Source: an uncultured Thiotrichaceae bacterium (lineage in GTDB: Bacteria > Pseudomonadota > Gammaproteobacteria > SZUA-229). From it: a stretch of 64,000 bases of DNA. Position numbers and translations under genes: made by a program. The notes under the pieces were generated by a model. The model was not told where the DNA came from. It made no database searches and was given only the letters and a program-made list of their open reading frames with translations. This document shows positions 9,796 to 18,600 of the stretch, in pieces. Location of the stretch: contig CAZHEA010000005.1 in NCBI GenBank assembly GCA_964531165.1, positions 16,858-80,857 on the forward strand. The letters run 5' to 3'. How positions within the stretch are numbered: position 1 is the stretch's first letter; each line of letters begins with the position of its first letter.

Positions 9796-9820
9796 ACCCA
9801 TCCGCTTTCTGCGGGTGGGT
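9796..9820. terminator. hairpin between convergent genes (possible bidirectional terminator)
   Basis: ACCCATCCGC (9796-9805), loop TTTCT, GCGGGTGGGT (9811-9820). This is a 10-bp stem with one G-T pair. A/T-rich runs flank both sides but there is no tight T-tract. Confidence 0.45.
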
Positions 9821-9856
9821 AGTACTACATTCCCATTTTTTAAACTTGATTAAATC

Positions 9857-10696
9857 TCAACTGTTTTTATTTAACAGACGCTTTACCTGTTCGCAGGTTT
9901 TATCCAGATGGTTTGATTTAAGAACATAACTGTTAACGCCTCTAACGATAGATATTGCAGCTTGCATCCCACTATCGCCTTTATCATGAGCCAGTATATT
10001 GAGACTATTAATAAATAGTTTAGCCGAGGCTTCAGCCGTACTGATTGAGTGTATTTCTGGTTCCTTTATTTCACTATCATATTCAAGGTAAAAAATATGC
10101 TGTAACTTAACAGACTCAAAACGCCCTGAATTTTCTGACTTTACGGGTACATGAATAGTACAACGTGTATGCAAACTATCATCCGGTAGCTCAAACAGCG
10201 GAGGTATCGCCTTTAAACACAATGCATGTGGATAGGGCTCAACATGCATTGTATTCATATCAATCGGAGCCAGTTCATCACTTAAGTAATTAAAGCCGGA
10301 ATTTAGCATTGCCCAGCTGGTCGTTGACTTGCCAGTACCCGAAGGCGCAACTAACAGTAAGCCCTGCCCCTGATACTCTAATGCAGCAGAATGAATAAAC
10401 ACTAAGTCAGAACGAATTTTCTGTAATTCAATCGTCATATCTTTTTCGAAAAAAAAGATAAACTCGCCAATTTCTTTAGTGAAATATTGCGGACCACTCT
10501 CTCTGGAGACACATATTTCATTATCCGCATCATTTCTGCTAATGGTATAAGTTAAGTCAGCAACTTGTTTAGATGTAGGCACTAACATAGCACCATAAAC
10601 AAGCACTAATATCTCTGATAATTCAGTACTACTGACATTAACCTCAATGATACAATTAAAAACTGATAGCGTTAGAAATTGACTATTTTTTTTCAT
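9857..10696 (-). CDS. HPr-kinase-related P-loop kinase (HprK-related kinase A-like)
   Basis: 'IHSAALEYQGQGLLLVAPSGTGKSTTSWAMLNSGFNYLSDELAPID' has the HprK C-terminal-domain pattern: a His/Ala-rich strand, Walker A GxGKS[TS], then LSDE. The start overlaps the PqqD-like gene by 14 nt. Confidence 0.75.
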   Translation of the reverse strand: MKKNSQFLTLSVFNCIIEVNVSSTELSEILVLVYGAMLVPTSKQVADLTYTISRNDADNEICVSRESGPQYFTKEIGEFIFFFEKDMTIELQKIRSDLVFIHSAALEYQGQGLLLVAPSGTGKSTTSWAMLNSGFNYLSDELAPIDMNTMHVEPYPHALCLKAIPPLFELPDDSLHTRCTIHVPVKSENSGRFESVKLQHIFYLEYDSEIKEPEIHSISTAEASAKLFINSLNILAHDKGDSGMQAAISIVRGVNSYVLKSNHLDKTCEQVKRLLNKNS

Positions 10697-10967
10697 TTAA
10701 CAAATTTAAACCCATAAATTGCTTAATAACACCTGAGACATCATCCCTTGCATTGGCTTCAGAAATATCATAATGCTCAACAACCAATGATGTTATATCT
10801 GATACATTATTTTTACCATCGCATTGATGCAAGATAAACGTAGCCGTATCATTTAACTGATGTATAGACTCTTCACTGGTATCAAGGATGAGCGACTCAC
10901 CATCCACATCCTGTAAAACAACATCGGTACGCATACTCGGTATATATGTATTTTCAATCATAGGCAA
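10683..10967 (-). CDS. PqqD-family protein (RiPP recognition element-like peptide chaperone)
   Basis: 94 aa. 'DGESLILDTSEESIHQLNDTATFILHQCDGKNNVSDITSLVVEHYDIS...ARDDVSGVIKQFMGLNLL' follows the PqqD/RRE pattern (beta-strands, then xLNxTAxxIWxxCDG, then a winged helix). Confidence 0.75.
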   Translation of the reverse strand: MPMIENTYIPSMRTDVVLQDVDGESLILDTSEESIHQLNDTATFILHQCDGKNNVSDITSLVVEHYDISEANARDDVSGVIKQFMGLNLLNEKK

Positions 10968-11047
10968 TAAACTTGTATTAAAACAGTTAGTTTAGTTTAT
11001 TATATTCAAAACAGGCTATTAAATATATAAATTAATATTGGTAGAAA

Positions 11048-12178
11048 ATGAAATCACTACTCCCCTTACTTAGCGCAATCAGCCACCAGCAACAAGACTT
11101 AAATATAAGTAGGACACAAGATAATTTAATTGATTTCGCAATCAATGCTGGTATGGGAGCGTATCTTAAATATAGCGCTGAAAACATCCAGCAAACTATT
11201 TCTGCAGAAAGTTATCAACGGTTACTATCAGCCGACCTTACAGCCAAAGTAATCACTTATAGTATTTTAAATTCTTTAAAAGAGGTACTCGCATTCAGTG
11301 AGCAGTGTGAAGATGACATTATATTATTAAAAGGAATCTCTCATTGCCAGCGTTACTACCCTCACCCCTGGTTCAGGATAATGAGCGATATAGATTTACT
11401 GGTATCAGAAAAAGATGTGGCTACACTTGAAAACATCCTGCTAAAGCTGGGCTATCAACAAACATCTAAAAACACACAGGAATTTTATACATCACATCAC
11501 CATAGCATGCCGTTTTATAATAAAAAAAATAATCTATGGATTGAAGTTCACAGCCATTTATTTTCAAAAAGTACGCCGGCTAAGCATGATGAGTTGTTTA
11601 CCCTGGAAAACATTCAAACAAACACTGTTGCAATGTATGACCCCGAATACAATTGTAATATAAAACAGCTATCTACAGAGTTGCATTTAATTTACACCTG
11701 TGTTCATTGGGCCGATGATTTCAATACACACAAAAGCTGTATTCAGTTAACCGATATTGTACTGATGATATTGAATAACAACACCCCGCTAAACTGGGAG
11801 AAAATGAGCAACTGGCTTACAAATACAGCATCAGCATCCAGTGTTTTTTTAGCGTTAAGTTATTTAAATAAATCGAGCATTATAAAAATACCAGATACCT
11901 ATTTTAATCGTGTAAAACTAAAGCATAGTAATATGGCTACTATTAACAGATTAATCTTATATAAAATTATTGACGACTATTTTTCAGGTAAAAAAGATTA
12001 CGGGCGTTTTTTAACAGAAAACAACCTGCTTATAATATGGACAACACTGCTTCAGCCACGATCATCTCTGAATAATATTTTACGACTCCCGGTAAATATC
12101 TTATTTCCACCGGACAATGATGAACGTTTTAAAATAAGTTTAATTGCAAAGAGAATTATAGGCCTTTTTAGAATATAG
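11048..12178 (+). CDS. nucleotidyltransferase-family protein (PF14907 / NTP_transf_5-like)
   Basis: 376 aa. 'LLKGISHCQRYYPHPWFRIMSDIDLLVSEKD' carries the G/S...R..sDiDlLv motif of the uncharacterised nucleotidyltransferase family. It is divergent from the PqqD/kinase pair across an 80-bp spacer. Confidence 0.65.
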   Translation: MKSLLPLLSAISHQQQDLNISRTQDNLIDFAINAGMGAYLKYSAENIQQTISAESYQRLLSADLTAKVITYSILNSLKEVLAFSEQCEDDIILLKGISHCQRYYPHPWFRIMSDIDLLVSEKDVATLENILLKLGYQQTSKNTQEFYTSHHHSMPFYNKKNNLWIEVHSHLFSKSTPAKHDELFTLENIQTNTVAMYDPEYNCNIKQLSTELHLIYTCVHWADDFNTHKSCIQLTDIVLMILNNNTPLNWEKMSNWLTNTASASSVFLALSYLNKSSIIKIPDTYFNRVKLKHSNMATINRLILYKIIDDYFSGKKDYGRFLTENNLLIIWTTLLQPRSSLNNILRLPVNILFPPDNDERFKISLIAKRIIGLFRI

Positions 12179-12209
12179 GCTGAAGCGTTTAATCAATCGT
12201 TCAGATAGA

Positions 12210-12611
12210 TTACTTTTTAGATTTTGTATTATAGTTGCCTTTATTAGCATGATCTTTCTTTAAAAGATTTAAAAATAACACATAGTGAATATTCACTGCG
12301 GGGAAGCCTTTTCCACAATCAGGCTCAGCACCATAACCTACCCTGACAGGCTTAGAGGTCAACTGTGCCATGCGCAACATTTCAAACATGGCATCAGAGT
12401 GTGGCTGATTTAAATCCAGTTTGTAATCCCAGTCCACATTATTAGCGCATTTAGGACGTTGATTTACCGGGTTATCTAAACGAAACAATACAAGCCCTTG
12501 CTGACTCACATAAATATCTTTTAAATAACCTGTACTTTCATTGGCGAAGGCACTGTGAATAAATAAAGGCAGAATCAGAACACTTAACACAAATACTTTA
12601 AAATTTTTCAT
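12210..12611 (-). CDS. small secreted protein, unknown function (two Cys)
   Basis: Signal peptide MKNFKVFVLSVLILPLFIHSAFA. The start ATG overlaps the stop of the giant upstream gene (TAATG at 12613..12609). No recognisable family. Confidence 0.6.
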   Translation of the reverse strand: MKNFKVFVLSVLILPLFIHSAFANESTGYLKDIYVSQQGLVLFRLDNPVNQRPKCANNVDWDYKLDLNQPHSDAMFEMLRMAQLTSKPVRVGYGAEPDCGKGFPAVNIHYVLFLNLLKKDHANKGNYNTKSKK

Positions 12612-15600
12612 TATGGTACCGCCACAAAACGTGCTGCATCCGCACCCATATAGGTAGTAGAGGGTGGAACAATACCTTCATCTGTAATTTCCAGATAACC
12701 TGCACTGCCCGCGGCAAAATTAAAGGTACCCAGTAAATTCCACTGTCCGAACACACCGGTATCACAATCCTGATCGACTTCAAGCGTTGTTAAGCCAATT
12801 GTCGATTGAATAATATGTTTCACATTCACTGCCCGATTGTAGTAACACGAATTCCATACATACACTTCATAGTTACCAGCTTGCGGTAAATCAGGCGTGA
12901 AACGATAACGATCTACTGCGCCACCAACCGTTGCATAAAGTGAACCTGCACCATAGTGGTCTGAACCACCCGAGCTTACCCAGCTTCCGGATTGTGACGT
13001 ACCCGCCTCATCTGTATCTATTATAAACTCAGAAACAGGTGCCTGCTGTGGATTGGTACCGGCAAGATACTCATCAAGATTAGACACGCCATCATTATCT
13101 GCATCAAGGAATGCATCATTAGGATCTAATGGATCAAGCCCATTGTTGACCTCAAAAAAGTCATCCATCGTATCGCCATCGGTATCCGCACTTAGTGGGT
13201 TAGTGTTCCAGGTTAAAACCTCTGCACCATCCTGTAACCCGTCTGAATCTGAATCAGGATTAAGTGGATCGGTACCTGCAGCTGTCTCGCCATCATTATT
13301 CAAGCCATCACTATCATCATCCAGCAAACCCTGGGACAACACCACAGTAATGGTTGACGTTGCACTGGCACTGCCATTTTCACTGTCTGTTACTGTTGCT
13401 GTGACGCTATGAACACCTACTCCCGGCACAAATGTAAAGCTGTTGCCATTCGTACCGGTACCACTTAAGTCATCAAGCCAGTTGATCATGGCACTTAAAT
13501 CACCGTCTTCTGCATCGGTTGCCGTTGCACTAATGGTAATCTGATCACCATCTGTTAATCCTGCACTGGTAGTGGACAGAGTAATCACAGGTAAACTGTT
13601 AACCGCTCCAACCTGAACGAATCGCGCGGCATCTGCACCCATATAGGTAGTTGCCGGAGGGGTTATACCTTCATCTGTAATCTCCAGATAGCCACTGTTG
13701 CCCGCATTAAAGCTAAAGGTGCCAAGCAGGTTCCACTGACCAAATACGCCGGTGTCGCAATCCTGATCAACTTCGATTGTTGTAATGCCGCTCGCATGCT
13801 GAATAATATGCTTCACATTAACTGCGCGATTGCTGTAGCAGGAGTTCCACACATACACTGCATAACTGCTGGTCTGTGGTAAGTCTGGAGTGAAGCGGTA
13901 GCGATCAATAGCTCCACCCACCGTTGCATATAACGAGCCCGCACCATAGTGATCAGAGCCACCCGAGCTATTCCAGTTTCCAGACTGAGATGTTCCCACT
14001 TCATCGGTATCAATAATAAACTCAACAACCGGCGCAGCCGGTGCCTGATTCGGATCAGTGCCTGCCAGGAATTCGTCTAAATTACTTACACCGTCGTTAT
14101 CTGAATCCAGAGCAGCATCACTTGCATCCAATGGGTTCAGACTATTATTCAGTTCAAAGAAATCATCAATGCCATCGCCATCCGTATCGCTACTTAACGG
14201 GTTAGTATTATGTGTCAACACTTCTTCCCCATCAAACAGGCCATCACCATCTGAATCTGGATTAAGTGGATCCGTACCTGCTGCGATTTCAGCATCGGTA
14301 TTCAATCCATCATTATCTTCATCAAGTAAACCTGTGGATAGAACGACTGTAATCGTTGATGTAATGCTACTGCTAGCGTTGCTACTATCGACAACACTTG
14401 CTGTTAGCGTATGCACGCCAAGACCCGGTACAAAGGTAAAACTATTACCCGTTGCCGTCAGGCCACTCAGGTCATCCTGCCAGCTAATGAGCGCACTTAT
14501 GTTACCGTCTTCAACATCATTGGCTGTTGCCGTTAATGTAATCTGGTCACCATCGGTCAGGTTGGCGGCTGTACTAGAGATTGTCATTACCGGTGAATTA
14601 TTCACTTCACCTACACGAATAAAGCGAGCCGCATCAGCCCCCATATACGTTGTAGCTGGAGGCACAATACCCTCATCGGTAATTTCAAGATAGCCGGTGC
14701 TTCCGGCATTAAAGCCGTATGTACCCAACAGATTCCATTGTCCGAATACACCGGTATCACAATCCTGATCAACTTCAACTGTAGTAATACCCGCCGCATG
14801 CTGAATAATATGTTTTACATTAACCGCACGGTTGGCATAACAGGAATTCCACACATAAACTTCATAATTACTGGATAACGCAATAGCCGGTGTAAAGCGA
14901 TAGCGATCAACTGCACCACCAACGGTTGCATACAATGAACCCGCACCGTAATGATCTGATCCGCCGGAATTATTCCAGCTTCCCACCTGCGATGTTCCGA
15001 CCTCATCCGTATCAATAACAATGATATCGCCCGGTGCAGGATCGGCTACATTCGGATTTGTACCACTTAAGTATTCTTCAAGATTACTGCGCCCATCACC
15101 ATCATTATCCAGTGCTGCATCCGCCGCATCAATTGGTGTTAAATTATTGGCAATTTCGTAACCATCCGGTATTCCATCACCATCTGTGTCAGCTATCAGT
15201 GGATTGGTAAAATACAAATTCACTTCATTGCCATCATTTAATGCATCCGCATCGGTATCCGGGTTATTTATATCTGTGCCCAGTGCCATTTCTTCTTCAT
15301 CATAAAGACCATCACCGTCCGTATCGACTAAGGTTGGATCTATCACCGTTACCACAATGCTTGCGGTTGATGTAAGGCCACCGCTATCCGTTACCTGAGC
15401 CGTAATCTGATGCACGCCCAAAGTCGGTACAAACGAGAAGTTTAATCCCGTAGCCGTATTAGAGCTGTTATTGTCAGACCAGCTAACAGATGCGCTCAAA
15501 TCACCGTCGATCACATCTGAAACCGTTGCACTGACCGATAGAGTTGCACTGATATCCAGACTGAAATCCTGTTGAACAATAGCCAGATTCGGTGCGGCAT

Positions 15601-18600
15601 TAATAATGCCCGTACCCGCCAGATACTCGTCCAGATTACTGATACCATCTGCGTCTATATCTGCTGCCGCATCATTAACCAGAGGATCCAGTCCCGCCTG
15701 AATTTCATAAGCATCAGGCATTCCATCATTATCAGTATCGGCTGAAACAGCCGATGTATTCAGAGTATAAATCTCATAACCATCCAGCAAGCCATCACCA
15801 TCCGTGTCTGCATTTAGTGGATCGGTTCCATAAATAATTTCATCACTATCACGTAAATTATCTGAATCCGAATCCTTATTCACATCACCCCATCCGGATA
15901 CAAAATCTGTTGAGTCAATACCGGCACGATCCATTGCCGCTTTTGGATTAAACTTAAACGGTGTGGCACCAAAATTAATGCGATTAGTTAACACACCCTG
16001 GCCCTGTGTATTGCCATAAAGCATTGGATGCAACGGTGTAAAGACATCCGGTAACACCATTGTGTGAATGATTTCGTCAAATAAGATGACGTGTATCACC
16101 GGCCGTGCTGCACGATAATCAACTACAAAACCGTAGTAGTACGCGCTGAGATCAAAATCAGTTATAAAATTAAGGTTACGCCATATGCCGATCATAGAGT
16201 TTAACGACATGGAAGGCTGTTCCGGATCAAATGGATATGGGTTAGTTCGGCCATATTGAGTTGTAACACCTTGACCCGCACCATACGAAGAATTGCTACC
16301 GGCAACCAGACGATCCAGTAAACGGTGAGCTTCAAAATAACGGAATTCGCCAATCATGCCCTGGTTAGCACGAATCGCCATTTTTTCATCAATGGCATAA
16401 GCCGCTGATAAGTTATCTGCACTTAAAGTAATTCCATCGCCTTCGCTACCGTCTTTTAATAAAGTCACTTCACTGAACTGCTTAACCGTCGGACGACCTG
16501 TATAAGTATGCACACCACCCCAGCCCATACCCATAAACTCGGCACCTGCATTACCCGCATTAAACATCAGGTAGTTAGCCGGGAAATTAAACGGCGCATT
16601 ATTAGGATCATCACCCGCATTAAGGGTAATTTGTGCCGTGGAACCTGCAGTACCTGTACCAAAGGCCATTACGTATAAGTCACCGGTTATGTTTGGAAGT
16701 GCAACAGAATTTAGTAATAACTCAAAACCATCCGTGCCGGTGACAATAGGATAAACCACCGGACTCGTACCGGTATAATCGACCGCCAGGCCATAATACT
16801 GATTGATGGATAGCTGGGTAAATGTTTGCTGAACGGTGCCGTTATATAAAATACGACCATCAGTTGTCAGCCCCATACTTTCCAGATCAGTACCCGCCGC
16901 TGCGTTCAGCGGTGCATTGGCAGACGCAACTCCAATACCATAATCACCCTGTGCAACCTGTCGTTGCGCTTCAATGTAATACCAGCCCGAACCCGCACTT
17001 ATTATTTGAGTACCCCTGACGGCTCGAGATGTTGCTTCAGTAAAGGTTGCCGATAACCCTGTGGCATCGATAACAACCGATGCATACTTATCAGCGTCAT
17101 TTAACTGGGTTTCAGTCGGTCCACCCGGATAAGAATTAGGGTTATTTGAATTGGTACCATTTACAAACTCATCCAGATTAGTAAAGCCATCGCCATCCGT
17201 ATCCAGTGAACTGTCATTTACCAATGGATCTGAAGCATGGCTAACTTCATAGCCATCACTGATACCATCTGAATCTGAATCAATGTTTAGAGGATCGGTC
17301 AGTGTTTGATTAACTTCAACACCGTCACTCAGGCCATCAAGATCTGTATCACTTATTAATGGGTCTGTACCTAATAGTGCTTCTATATCATCCGTCAGCC
17401 CATCATTGTCAGTATCAACAGCGGTAAAGTTAACAATTGTTACCGCTTTAACAGCAAAGCCCTGCTCATTTAGTACTTCAGCTGTAATGGTGTGGCTTGC
17501 AATCGTACTGGATGTAACACTAAAGTTGCTGCCGGTTGCCGTTAAAGCAGAAGCTGAATCACTCCAGTTAATCGTGCTGGATATATCATTACCCTGCCGA
17601 TCTTTTGCCACAGCAGTCAGAGTTAAACTCGTACCGACATTGGCACTTAAGTTGGCGGATGTAATGGCGACGGTTGTCTGTGCAACCCAGCCGTTATAAA
17701 TCTGAGCGGTTCCCGCAACACCTGTACTTGAAAGAATAGTCTTTACATCATAAACAAAAGGCTGGACGACTAAATCCTGCGCGCTATTAATAGTTTGCTG
17801 CACGCCGGTTGTAGTTTGATTACCATAAACCAGAATGTGCAAGGGCCCGGTTACCTGATCCATTAACTGGGTGAACATCAGAGTATCGCCGGCAATCAGA
17901 TAAACTACCGGGTTGGCTCCTGTGTAATCCACCGCCACTCCGAAAGTCGCAGCTGATGAAATAATCGTATTGTTAGAACCTAATTGACTAGTATTGTTGT
18001 AATACACCAACCCCAGTGAGTTCATACCTATACTCTGGTCACTATCTCCACCAAAGTTCGCTAGCGTTGCAGCCGCTGTTGCGACTCCGAAACCCATATT
18101 TCCCGAAGCAACCTGACGTGTACCTTCGAAATAATAGAAGCCACTACCCGGTTGTATCGCTACATTTGAACGCACGGCTCGATGAGTACTACCGGCAGTG
18201 TAGGTTACGCCAAACCGGTCAGCGGTTAAATTAATACTCGGATCTTTATCCGTTGCACTCAGGCGTGCCGGCGAATTAGGGTAAGAGAAAATATCATTAG
18301 GGTCAGTGCCCTGTTGAAACTCATCGAAATTACTGTAACCATCATTATCCGCATCATTCGCCGCATCAACAGCATCCAGCGGGTTCAGTAAGTTATTCAC
18401 TTCATATAAATCAGATAACCCATCGCCATCGGTATCTGCTGATAATGGGTTTGTACCGTAGAGATTAACTTCATCGCCATCATTAATACCATCCGCATCG
18501 GTGTCAGCTACCAGTGGGTCCGTACCCAGTATACTTTCCTGGCTATCTGACAGGCCGTCACTATCTGTATCAATGTCTACAAACTGAATGGTAACGCTGA

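Noticed and set aside
9583-12178. Calling this a lasso-peptide biosynthetic gene cluster
   Set aside because: No Asn-synthetase-like cyclase, no transglutaminase-like leader peptidase and no ABC exporter are present. The candidate peptide lacks an obvious Gly/Ala1...Asp/Glu7-9 macrolactam pattern and does not end in Ser. Only the tailoring-type genes are present.
12180-12204. Hairpin CTGAAGCG-N10-CGTTCAG between the convergent nucleotidyltransferase and 133-aa genes, a possible terminator
   Set aside because: The stem is only 5+2 bp with a bulge and has no adjacent T-tract on either strand. The evidence is insufficient to annotate it.
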